A DNA stretch of 64,000 bases from Clostridium sp. (GTDB taxonomy: Bacteria > Bacillota > Clostridia > Lachnospirales > Lachnospiraceae), in contig JAMPFS010000006.1 in NCBI GenBank assembly GCA_023664325.1, positions 13,008 through 77,007 of the forward strand. The letters run 5' to 3'. The translations under genes were made by a program, and so were the position numbers. A model generated the notes under the pieces. It ran no database searches. It saw only the letters and a program-made list of their open reading frames with translations, and had not been told where the DNA came from. Shown piece by piece: positions 20,537-29,573 of the stretch (position 1 is its first letter; each line of letters begins with the position of its first letter).

Positions 20537-21451
20537 ATGGATACAAATATTTTATTAGAGAGTGGAACGAATGAATTAGAAGTTTTGGAGTTTATGATTG
20601 CGGGGAATCATTATGGAATTAATGTGGCAAAGGTTCGTGAGATTCTGCCGATGACGGATATTACTCCGGTGCCAAATTCACATCCATGTATTGAGGGTAT
20701 TTTTATGCCGAGGGATACCATTATCACCGCTATTAATTTGGCGGCAGCATTGGGGTTTGAAAATCCAAATCATAAGGACAATATGTTGATTATTACCAAT
20801 TTTAACAGTCTGAATATTGCATTTGAGGTAGAACAGGTACTCGGTATTCATCGCGTTTCATGGACGGATATTGTAAAACCGGATTCGACTGTCAATGCGC
20901 CGGGGGCAGGAATTGCAACGGGTATTATCAAAAAGCTGGATTCTTTGATTATCGTCCTGGATTTTGAGCGGATTGTAGAAGATATCTGTCCGGAAACAAG
21001 CCTTAAAATGTCTGAGCTTGCAGAATTAGGCGAGAGGGAACGAAATGATATTCCAATTATCGTTGCAGAAGATTCACCGATGCTGCAAAAACTGGTTTCT
21101 GATGCCTTGACACAATCCGGATATATTAACCTGCATTTGTTTGCAAATGGACAGGAGGCATGGGATTATTTATTAGAGCTTAAGAAAAATAACGGTGTGG
21201 ATTATGGTGCCAGATGTATTATTACGGATATTGAGATGCCACAGATGGATGGACACCGGTTAATCCGTCTGATACGCAATGATGAAAATTTGAAGCATTT
21301 ACCGATTATTGTATTCTCATCCCTGATTAATGATGATATGAAACGCAAAGGGGAAAGGCTTGGCGCAGATGCACAGATTTCCAAGCCGGAGATTGCGCAG
21401 CTGGTATCCTGCATTGACAATCTGATAGTTAATAATCCGTTGAATGCATAA
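20537..21451 (+). CDS. cheV: chemotaxis protein CheV (CheW domain plus receiver domain)
   Basis: N-terminal CheW-like GTNELEVLEFMIAGNHYGINVAKVREI; C-terminal receiver IIVAEDS ... ITDIEMPQMDG ... SKP. Confidence 0.85.
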   Translation: MDTNILLESGTNELEVLEFMIAGNHYGINVAKVREILPMTDITPVPNSHPCIEGIFMPRDTIITAINLAAALGFENPNHKDNMLIITNFNSLNIAFEVEQVLGIHRVSWTDIVKPDSTVNAPGAGIATGIIKKLDSLIIVLDFERIVEDICPETSLKMSELAELGERERNDIPIIVAEDSPMLQKLVSDALTQSGYINLHLFANGQEAWDYLLELKKNNGVDYGARCIITDIEMPQMDGHRLIRLIRNDENLKHLPIIVFSSLINDDMKRKGERLGADAQISKPEIAQLVSCIDNLIVNNPLNA

Positions 21452-21462
21452 ATAAGAACCAA

Positions 21463-21510
21463 AAAAAAGAGCTTTGGGATAGCAGTGATTGCAAATCCGA
21501 AAGCTCTTTT
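21463..21510. terminator. bidirectional terminator between cheV and the convergent small gene
   Basis: aaaagagctttggg ... ccgaaagctctttt; a second hairpin gattaggaaa/tttcctaatc lies at 21515-21540. Confidence 0.65.
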
Positions 21511-21562
21511 GTGTGATTAGGAAATTTTCGTTTCCTAATCATGTAAAAACATTTTGGTGATT

Positions 21563-21769
21563 TTAATCTAACGTAAATTCTGCTGTGGCGTCTTCGTTGA
21601 ATACACAATACGCCATGTTTTCTTCCGGTTTCACATATACATTCATTGATGTAATTTCAGAAACCTTTTTTCCCATTCCAGTCCAAAGCGCTTTAGCCTT
21701 TTTGATCAAATCTTTTTCGGTAAGCTGCTTTTCCTGGTATTCAACATATAAAGTTGTTTTCATAAGCAA
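21563..21769 (-). CDS. small conserved-looking hypothetical protein (68 aa)
   Basis: Clean ORF with gggattgcttatg-type RBS context and its own terminator hairpin; no motif recognised. Confidence 0.5.
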   Translation of the reverse strand: MLMKTTLYVEYQEKQLTEKDLIKKAKALWTGMGKKVSEITSMNVYVKPEENMAYCVFNEDATAEFTLD

Positions 21770-21930
21770 TCCCTCCTGTTAAATATTTGAATAATACTAT
21801 CATAGTATAATATTTCGTAAAATGCAATACCAAAAATGGATATACGTTTTCCCTGCTTGTTAAAATGATAAAGATATGGTACAATATCCTTGTTTGTTTT
21901 GGTATTACTAAATGTTAAAGAGGTGCTTTT

Positions 21931-23775
21931 ATGGATGAGAATTATCTGGACAATCTTTTGAATGAAATTTCATTGGATAAAGAATTTGATTCTAAAATTG
22001 AAGATGAGTTAGATAGCCAGATGCGAAAAGAAAAACGAGAGAGGCAGGCAAAGGATGCATTATCTAAGGAGGAGTCCTTTGATTTGCATTTGGAGCAGGA
22101 ATCCAGGAACGTGGAAGATGCGCTTGATTTACATTTTTCTGAAGAACAGATGGAGGAATTGGATGCCCTTGAAAATCTGGCTGATCTGGATATTGGAGAT
22201 TTGGATTTTGCAGATCTTGATTTCGATGATGTGGATGTGACGAAGTTAGACAGCTTGGATGACGGTAATTTTGATGAACTGCTGAAGGACTTTGAAGGGG
22301 ATCTGGAAATTGATGATTTTTTTGACAGCGGTGATCAGAAAAAAGAATCTTTAGAGGATGCGGAATCCGAACCGGGTTCCGATGCAAAACAGCAGCAGGA
22401 ACACTCGGAAGCGATGCAGAATGAGGATTTGAATGAAGATACTTTTGATGCAAATGAGTTTTTGGACAGCCTGCTAAATGATGAGGATGAAACAAAGGAA
22501 AATCCGATTCAGGATATAGATGAGAAAGAGAATGCTTCTGGTGATGAATTAAAGGATTCAGCGGACAGCCTGGATGGCTTGACAAGTGATGAGGATCCGG
22601 GTGAGGATACATTAGAGAGTCTTTTGATGTCTGATGAGGAGACGGAACATGAGGATGCAGATTCTTTGGAGGGAACTATGGATGCAAATGATTTGCAGAT
22701 GATGGATGGAACGGAGGAACAGAACACAGATACTTTGGGTGAAGGAACTGCGGATGCTGATCTATCCAATGATGAGGTAGATGATTTGGATGATATACTT
22801 TCGATGTTGGATTTAGAAGAAGATGAGGAATCATCAACTGCATCTGCGCAGGAGAATGCAGTGTCTGATGGGGAAGAACAGGAAGATACGGCTGTCTCAC
22901 TGAATGATAGTGAGGCGCCTGAGGAACAGCCGGGCAAGAAAAAAAGAACCTTTATGCAAATCCTGTTTGGTGACCCGGATGAGGAGGATGAACTTTCCGA
23001 GGAGGAGCTTGAGGAGATCGAGGCAAAAAAGGCTGCGAAAAAAGCTGCCAAAGCGGCGAAGAAAGAAGCTGCACAGGTTGCCAAAGCGGAAAAGGAAGAA
23101 AAGAATAAAGCCCAAAAGGCATTAGATGATGAAAAGAAGAAAAGGGCAGAGGAACAGAAAAATCAGTTAAAGGCGGAAAAGAAAGCAAAGAGAAAGGCAG
23201 AAGATGAGGCGGAGGCTGCGAAGGAAGGACCGGAGAAAAAGCTGAATAAGCCGATGGTTGTCTTTATATTTACCCTGTTCTTAGGTGGTTTGCTCGTGTT
23301 TTATATGGGAATGAATAATTTTAACTATGCGCAGGTCATTGAAAAGGCAGCGAAATATTTTGCCAACCAGAGATACCGTCCGGCTTATAATGAGATTGTC
23401 GGTGTCGAGGTAAAAGAGGATGATAAGGATTTGAAAGACCGCATTTATACGGTTATGCATGTGGAGCGCCTCTATGAAGCTTATAATAACAACATTGCGA
23501 TGGGAAATAAAGAAAAAGCATTGGATTCGTTACTTCGCGGCGTGGATGAATATTATGAGTATTATGAAGAAGCCGAAGAGCTTGGAATCGTCAGTGATAT
23601 CGACTATTCGTTTAACCAGATCAAAGAGGTATTGCAGTCCCGGTATGGGATTAGCGTAGAACAGGCATTGGAGATTAATGCAATGGAAAATCTTCAGTAT
23701 GTGAAGACAATTGGCACATATGTAGAGAGTGTTGCGGATGCCAATGAGGGCGAAGAAGAGGGAGCAGATGAGTAG
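21931..23775 (+). CDS. hypothetical protein: ~330-aa polyacidic region, Lys/Ala/Glu-rich helix, one TM helix, C-terminal globular domain
   Basis: Composition read from translation; TM segment MVVFIFTLFLGGLLVFYMGM; extended -10 promoter tggtacaat upstream. Confidence 0.7.
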   Translation: MDENYLDNLLNEISLDKEFDSKIEDELDSQMRKEKRERQAKDALSKEESFDLHLEQESRNVEDALDLHFSEEQMEELDALENLADLDIGDLDFADLDFDDVDVTKLDSLDDGNFDELLKDFEGDLEIDDFFDSGDQKKESLEDAESEPGSDAKQQQEHSEAMQNEDLNEDTFDANEFLDSLLNDEDETKENPIQDIDEKENASGDELKDSADSLDGLTSDEDPGEDTLESLLMSDEETEHEDADSLEGTMDANDLQMMDGTEEQNTDTLGEGTADADLSNDEVDDLDDILSMLDLEEDEESSTASAQENAVSDGEEQEDTAVSLNDSEAPEEQPGKKKRTFMQILFGDPDEEDELSEEELEEIEAKKAAKKAAKAAKKEAAQVAKAEKEEKNKAQKALDDEKKKRAEEQKNQLKAEKKAKRKAEDEAEAAKEGPEKKLNKPMVVFIFTLFLGGLLVFYMGMNNFNYAQVIEKAAKYFANQRYRPAYNEIVGVEVKEDDKDLKDRIYTVMHVERLYEAYNNNIAMGNKEKALDSLLRGVDEYYEYYEEAEELGIVSDIDYSFNQIKEVLQSRYGISVEQALEINAMENLQYVKTIGTYVESVADANEGEEEGADE

Positions 23776-23802
23776 CAGACAAAGGACAGAGGATGTGGAA
23801 GA

Positions 23803-24432
23803 ATGATAGCAATACTCGATTATGATGCAGGCAATATTAAAAGCGTGGAGAAAGCATTGGTTTATCTGGGTCAGAATGCAAAAATCACCAGGGACAGGGG
23901 TGAGATTATGACCGGTACGCATGTGATTTTACCGGGTGTGGGAAATTTTGGTGATGCTATGGCAAAACTCAAATTATATGGCTTGGATAAGGTGATATAC
24001 GAGGTGGTTGAAAAGGGTATTCCTTTTTTGGGAATCTGTCTTGGATTACAGCTTTTGTATGAGAAAAGTGATGAGTCTCCCGGAGTGGAAGGGCTTGGTC
24101 TTTTAAAGGGATCCATTAACCGGATTCCGGATTGTCCGGGACTTAAGATTCCGCATATGGGCTGGAATTCTTTGGATGTGAAACCGGGAGCAGCTTTATT
24201 TGCAGGCGTGGAAGATAATCCATATGTGTATTTTGTACATTCGTATTATCTGCGGGCAGATCATGCAGAGGAAGTGGCTGCAACAACGGAATATTCCACA
24301 CAGATCCATGCCAGCGTGGAGAAAGATAATATATATGCCTGTCAGTTCCATCCGGAAAAAAGCGGCAGTGTTGGGTTGCAGATTTTAAAAAATTTCATTG
24401 AATTGCAGTCTCCGGTAAAGGAGGATATGTAA
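23803..24432 (+). CDS. hisH: imidazole glycerol phosphate synthase, glutaminase subunit
   Basis: [27 protein letters not shown]. Confidence 0.92.
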   Translation: MIAILDYDAGNIKSVEKALVYLGQNAKITRDRGEIMTGTHVILPGVGNFGDAMAKLKLYGLDKVIYEVVEKGIPFLGICLGLQLLYEKSDESPGVEGLGLLKGSINRIPDCPGLKIPHMGWNSLDVKPGAALFAGVEDNPYVYFVHSYYLRADHAEEVAATTEYSTQIHASVEKDNIYACQFHPEKSGSVGLQILKNFIELQSPVKEDM

Positions 24433-24433
24433 T

Positions 24434-25195
24434 ATGCATACAAAAAGAATTATTCCATGCCTGGATGTTACAGGCGGCAGGGTAGTAAAAGGAATTAATT
24501 TTGTGAATTTAAGAGATGCAGGAGATCCGGTAGATGTTGCCAGGGCTTATGACCAGGCAGGGGCAGATGAACTTGTTTTTCTGGATATTACAGCTTCAAG
24601 CGATGCAAGAAATATTGTCGTCGATATGGTAAGGCGTGTGGCAGAGACCGTATTTATTCCGTTTACAGTAGGCGGCGGGATCCGGACAGTGGATGATTTT
24701 AAGGCGATTCTGCGGGAGGGAGCTGATAAAATATCCATTAATTCTGCGGCAATTGACCGTCCGGCGTTAATTGGCGAGGCGGCAGATAAATTTGGCAGCC
24801 AGTGTGTGGTGGTAGCGATTGATGCAAAACGCCGTGGGGATGATACAGGCTGGAATGTATATAAAAATGGCGGGCGGATAGATGTAGGTCTTGATGCGGT
24901 GGAGTGGGCAGTGAAGGCAGAACAGATGGGAGCCGGAGAGATACTGCTTACCAGTATGGACTGCGATGGCACGAAAGCAGGATATGATATCGAATTGACA
25001 AAGACAATTAGTGAAAATGTGAAGATTCCGGTTATTGCCTCCGGTGGCGCCGGCACAAAGGAACATTTTTATGATGCGTTGACGAAAGGTAAAGCTGATG
25101 CAGCTTTAGCAGCCTCTTTGTTTCATTACAAGGAGTTAGAAATTGTAGATTTGAAACAGTATCTAAGAGGCAGGGATGTAGCAGTAAGATTATAA
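24434..25195 (+). CDS. hisF: imidazole glycerol phosphate synthase, cyclase subunit
   Basis: [39 protein letters not shown]. Confidence 0.92.
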   Translation: MHTKRIIPCLDVTGGRVVKGINFVNLRDAGDPVDVARAYDQAGADELVFLDITASSDARNIVVDMVRRVAETVFIPFTVGGGIRTVDDFKAILREGADKISINSAAIDRPALIGEAADKFGSQCVVVAIDAKRRGDDTGWNVYKNGGRIDVGLDAVEWAVKAEQMGAGEILLTSMDCDGTKAGYDIELTKTISENVKIPVIASGGAGTKEHFYDALTKGKADAALAASLFHYKELEIVDLKQYLRGRDVAVRL

Positions 25196-25196
25196 T

Positions 25197-25619
25197 ATGA
25201 TAGCAATACGGGAAAACTCGCTGACGGTTGAGGAGTATTTGGGCATCAGACGGCAGGTAGGGTGGAAGATATTAAAAAAAGAACAGGCGCAAAAAGCGCT
25301 TGCGAATAGTCTGCATGTGGTTGCGGTGTATGAGGATAATATTTTAGTGGGCATGGGAAGAATCGTAGGAGATGGGGCAATCATCTGCTATGTGCAGGAT
25401 CTGATAGTGATACCGGAAAGTCAGGGAAAGGGGATTGGTTCTGCCATTCTTCAGAAGCTGATTGGATATGTGGAAGGACTCAGGCAGGAACACAGCGAAA
25501 TGATGCTTTGCCTTATGTGCGCAAAGGGCAGGGAAATTTTTTATGAGAAACATGGTTTTATGGCAAGACCGACGAATCAGTTAGGCCCTGGCATGATTCA
25601 GTATTTGAAGGAGGAATAG
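25197..25619 (+). CDS. GNAT-family N-acetyltransferase
   Basis: VQDLIVIPESQGKGIGSAILQKL acetyl-CoA binding motif A. Confidence 0.8.
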   Translation: MIAIRENSLTVEEYLGIRRQVGWKILKKEQAQKALANSLHVVAVYEDNILVGMGRIVGDGAIICYVQDLIVIPESQGKGIGSAILQKLIGYVEGLRQEHSEMMLCLMCAKGREIFYEKHGFMARPTNQLGPGMIQYLKEE

Positions 25620-25702
25620 CCTGTTTCAATACGACAGAACTTCCGGCAGGGGGATCTGCTGCCAGGATTTTTACCACAGGTGATGGAAAGGTATGAAGTG
25701 AC

Positions 25703-26275
25703 ATGAAACAAAAGGCAGGAAAGAAGCGATATACGACAGGAAGTTTCATCTGGATGTTGGGATTTCTTTTGCTGGCGCTGACAGGCTGTAAGGCGAAAGT
25801 AGACGAGAATGGTTCCCAAGTGTCAGATGACGGAAGAAGCTATGGCGGCGTGATTGAAGCAAATCAGGGAGAAATGGTAAGCACTGCATTTTTTGACGTG
25901 ACAGTGGAACAGGCTGACAAATATGATACCTATCAGTTTGATGACGGACTCTATCAGGCAGACAGTGGAAATACCTATCTCGTGTTAAAGCTTACGGTTA
26001 AGAATACCTATGCAAAGGATCTTCCAATGAGCATAGCGGATTTTGTGCTGGATTTTGAGGGCAATGATTCTAAAAAGCCGGTGATCGGTTATGGAAATAC
26101 AGACCTGAAGGATGCAGAGTTTATGGATAACATTTTTACCTTAAAACAGGGTGAAAGCGTCACAAAAAATATATTGTATACAGTGGCAGATAAGGAAGAA
26201 TATTCGCTTGGCTATACGGAATATTATGAGGATGAAATGGAAGGAGACCGGTTTAAAATTGCCGTAAAGCCGTAA
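25703..26275 (+). CDS. lipoprotein with Ig-like DUF4352-type domain
   Basis: Lipobox LALTGC; YLVLKLTVKNTYAKDLPMSIADFVL pattern. Confidence 0.65.
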   Translation: MKQKAGKKRYTTGSFIWMLGFLLLALTGCKAKVDENGSQVSDDGRSYGGVIEANQGEMVSTAFFDVTVEQADKYDTYQFDDGLYQADSGNTYLVLKLTVKNTYAKDLPMSIADFVLDFEGNDSKKPVIGYGNTDLKDAEFMDNIFTLKQGESVTKNILYTVADKEEYSLGYTEYYEDEMEGDRFKIAVKP

Positions 26276-26357
26276 TCGCAGAAATATATAAAAGTATCAG
26301 GAAACAAGAACTGCAAGTCAGAATATAATAATAAAAAGCGTATTAAGGTAAGACGTT

Positions 26358-26789
26358 ATGGATATGCAGACAGGAAATGACCCGCAGGGAAGAAGACCGG
26401 GACAGTGCAGAGGGTATGTACATGTGGTGGAGGAAGGTGATACCCTGTATAAGCTGGCAAAGCAGTATGACGTGAAATTGTTTGACATTATGAGATTAAA
26501 CCCGTATGTAAATGTATATAATTTGCAGATAGGGGAAGAAATTTGTATTCCGACTATGCCGGCAAGGCCGGAGAAAACTTATGTAGTAAATGAAGGTGAC
26601 ACGATTGCAGATGTGATTCGCGCCTTTGGGGTGTCATTTGATGTGCTGGCACAACATAATCCTGTGCTTTTAGAGGCAGAGCTGCCGGAGGGTCTGATTT
26701 TGAAAATGCCGCTTATTATGCCAAGACAGGAGCCGGGCATGCCGGATTTTGAGAGTGATGATTTACAGGATGATAATGATGAAGATTGA
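26358..26789 (+). CDS. protein with two LysM domains
   Basis: YVHVVEEGDTLYKLAKQYDV...NP and TYVVNEGDTIADVIRAFGVSFDV...NP repeats; acidic tail. Confidence 0.8.
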   Translation: MDMQTGNDPQGRRPGQCRGYVHVVEEGDTLYKLAKQYDVKLFDIMRLNPYVNVYNLQIGEEICIPTMPARPEKTYVVNEGDTIADVIRAFGVSFDVLAQHNPVLLEAELPEGLILKMPLIMPRQEPGMPDFESDDLQDDNDED

Positions 26790-26931
26790 AAAGGGAAGAG
26801 AATGACGATTCAGAGCCTTATCCTGCAAAAGTATTTTGCAAAATACAGAATGATGGAAGTGTGTTTTTGAATATTTCAGGCATTTCAATCATTCTGTGGG
26901 CTCGTTATCGTTACACAATAAATAATAAAGG

Positions 26932-27804
26932 ATGATGATTATGGACTTTATGACAAAACTGGAACGAAAATTTGGAAAATATTCCATCCCGAACCTCACA
27001 GTGCTGTTGATTGCAGGATTTGTGGTGGGATATCTGATTGAGATTTTGGGTGCAGGAGCATTGGAACTGATTGATTTAAACCCTGCAAAAGTAATGTCGG
27101 GGCAGATTTACAGACTGATTACATGGGTGTTGATTCCACCTTCCGGCAGTGATCTTTTTTTTGTGGTGATTATGTTGTTTTTCTATTATTCGATCGGAAA
27201 AACATTGGAGAACACATTAGGGGATTTCCGGTATACGGTGTATATCCTTTCCGGGATTCTTTTTACCGATCTTGGCATGATGATTACTTATTTGGTGATG
27301 AAGGCATTAGGACAGGCCCAGTTGCTGGATGTGTATTATCAGATGGGGCTTTACGGCGCATCTACTTATTATTTGTGCATGAGCATGTTTTTAGCCTATG
27401 CATTTCTGTTCCCGGAGCATCAGGTGTTAATCTGGTTTATCATACCGGTTAAAGTAAAGTGGATGGGTTATTTGGATATTATCTATCTGATTGTGGAAAT
27501 ATTGCGGTATGGACTCGCTCATTACTATACGGGAATGGTTACCGTTATGATGTCTGTACTTAATTTTATTGTATTTTATGTTTTAATGCAGGGTGGAAAA
27601 CGAATGACACATGCACAGAAAAAGCGGAAGAGGAGATATCACCAGGAGGTTCGGCAGACGCAGATCCTTACCAGACATAAGTGCGCAATATGCGGGCAGA
27701 CGGAGGAGGACAACCCTGACCTGGAATTCCGTTATTGTTCACGGTGTAAGGGGAATTATGAGTATTGCCAGAATCATTTATTTACCCATCAACATAAACA
27801 ATAG
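26932..27804 (+). CDS. polytopic membrane protein, rhomboid-like, with C-terminal Cys/His zinc-finger-like tail
   Basis: About 6 TM helices, QIYRLITWVLIP and YGAST motifs; tail CAICGQ...YCSRCKG...YCQNHLFTHQH. Confidence 0.45.
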   Translation: MMIMDFMTKLERKFGKYSIPNLTVLLIAGFVVGYLIEILGAGALELIDLNPAKVMSGQIYRLITWVLIPPSGSDLFFVVIMLFFYYSIGKTLENTLGDFRYTVYILSGILFTDLGMMITYLVMKALGQAQLLDVYYQMGLYGASTYYLCMSMFLAYAFLFPEHQVLIWFIIPVKVKWMGYLDIIYLIVEILRYGLAHYYTGMVTVMMSVLNFIVFYVLMQGGKRMTHAQKKRKRRYHQEVRQTQILTRHKCAICGQTEEDNPDLEFRYCSRCKGNYEYCQNHLFTHQHKQ

Positions 27805-27816
27805 GAGACAGCGAGG

Positions 27817-29223
27817 ATGAAAAAGGAAAACAGAGCCATCTTAAAGGATATCATGCAAAACAGGGATTTAGATACAAACATTCCGGCTTATGGGAATTTG
27901 TATATCAATGCTGCCTATGAATACAGCTTAATCAGGCTTGTGCTTAATTACTATACGATGAAAGAGGTTGAAGATGAAATAGGAGCCGGTTTGGATGATG
28001 ATTTGTCTGCGGCATTGGATGAAATTCATACGGTCTTATTTGAGGCATTATTGTCAGGGGATGTTAAGACAGAACCGGCAGAGCTTATAAACCGTGTGGA
28101 TTCCCTGCGGAATCATTTGACGGAAAAAATGGCGCTTCTTACCGCTTATACGGATGCGCTTCAGATTTATGAGTATGTGTTAAACCGTGTGGAGTATGGT
28201 ATTACCGGTGAGACAATTGAGGTAGAGGAGAGTGAACTGGCTGCAAAAGTTTTTCAGTATCTTTTTTGTGACAATGATAAAATGGTGGTAAACAGTAAAA
28301 TACAGATGGTGACAGGGCAGCTTCCGATTCGGATGACAAAGAGCCGTTTTTTTGACTATCTGACAGACACGTTTAATATTTACAATGGATCAGACAAATC
28401 GTCTGTGGATGATTTTGCAGCTATGTTAAAGTCTACAGCATTGTTGGAACTTCCGAAAGGATATGGAGAGGAATACAAAGAAATTGCGCAGGTTATAAAA
28501 ATATTAGAGGATACCGATTATAATGCGCTTAACCGGGAGCAGTTTGAGGCGCTGATGGAGCAGTTTTCCATGACGGCAGCGCATTTAACCGGTCTTGTCA
28601 GCAATTATCTCCTGACAATGGAAATTATAAATAATCTATATGCGGCATTGCTTGCAAAATCATTTGCAAACAGTACAGAAGAGAGTGTTTCGGTCTGCAT
28701 CGACATGCTGAAGGGGCTGCATGATGCGTTTGTATCTGCCGGAGAGATTCCGGAATCGGTAGATGAAGGCTTTATGACGATTGAGGGCCGCCAGGAGGAA
28801 CTTGGAGAGGAGATTATGCAGTATGAGAGTATTTTACCGGAGGTGTTAGGCGAACAGGCAGATACGGTTTCGTGGATGATGGCAGACCTGATTTTCGCAA
28901 ATCTGGACAAGATTTCCAAGCTTTTATCCAACAGTTATTTTATAGAGTTAAAGAGTAATGGAACGACGGAAGGTGTTGCTGATTATGAGTACATCACATC
29001 CATTCGGGATGAACTGGTCGGTCTTTTGACGGCTTTTTTTGAAACGCATCCACGGGTGGTAAACAGGGCAGTGATGGCATCCCTGTTTTCCGGTATGCCG
29101 GTACTGTTTAATTCCCAGCAGGAGATTAAGGATTATATCGAATACAGCTTGAACCACTGCAATAACAGCAGTGAGCTTATGGCTTGCGCCAAAATTTTAG
29201 AAGAAATGATGGCAGAGGAGTAA
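27817..29223 (+). CDS. hypothetical helical protein (468 aa)
   Basis: Long uninterrupted ORF with a good RBS; no motif recognised. Confidence 0.6.
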   Translation: MKKENRAILKDIMQNRDLDTNIPAYGNLYINAAYEYSLIRLVLNYYTMKEVEDEIGAGLDDDLSAALDEIHTVLFEALLSGDVKTEPAELINRVDSLRNHLTEKMALLTAYTDALQIYEYVLNRVEYGITGETIEVEESELAAKVFQYLFCDNDKMVVNSKIQMVTGQLPIRMTKSRFFDYLTDTFNIYNGSDKSSVDDFAAMLKSTALLELPKGYGEEYKEIAQVIKILEDTDYNALNREQFEALMEQFSMTAAHLTGLVSNYLLTMEIINNLYAALLAKSFANSTEESVSVCIDMLKGLHDAFVSAGEIPESVDEGFMTIEGRQEELGEEIMQYESILPEVLGEQADTVSWMMADLIFANLDKISKLLSNSYFIELKSNGTTEGVADYEYITSIRDELVGLLTAFFETHPRVVNRAVMASLFSGMPVLFNSQQEIKDYIEYSLNHCNNSSELMACAKILEEMMAEE

Positions 29224-29246
29224 AAGCATAGAGACAGGGTGAGGAA

Positions 29247-29573
29247 ATGAGGATTCGGTTTCATGAAAAATTGTATAGCGATGACATTTCAGACCGAAAG
29301 CTTCGTTCGATTAAGAAAAAGGTGGCAATGCGGTCGCCGAAGCTTAATCTGTATCTGGTAACCCTGCCGCTTGGAAACCAGGGGATTTTAGAGGTATATT
29401 GGTATCCGGAGCTTTTGCAGAAGGCGTACCGGAGCATGAAAGGTGAGCTTGTTGTGGTCGGTGTGGCAAATGACAGGGATACTGCATTTGAACTGATCCG
29501 GCAGATTATATCAGAGATTGGCATACAGGAAGTATATATTCCTGTAGAGGAATTTTTTGAGGGGTATCAATGA
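29247..29573 (+). CDS. hypothetical protein (108 aa)
   Basis: RBS gggtgagga; stop overlaps the next start (ATGA). Confidence 0.55.
   Translation: MRIRFHEKLYSDDISDRKLRSIKKKVAMRSPKLNLYLVTLPLGNQGILEVYWYPELLQKAYRSMKGELVVVGVANDRDTAFELIRQIISEIGIQEVYIPVEEFFEGYQ

Noticed and set aside
22064-23188. Several long ORFs on both strands (182 aa, 191 aa, 74-78 aa) overlapping the acidic-protein gene
   Set aside because: They are by-products of the GAN/GAA codon periodicity of the real plus-strand gene. Their translations are low-complexity Ser/Pro/His runs without start contexts.
26860-26915. Inverted repeat acagaatgatggaa ... ttcaatcattctgt between the LysM gene and the rhomboid-like gene
   Set aside because: It is probably just the LysM gene terminator or an attenuator hairpin. 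It has an imperfect stem and nothing else distinctive.
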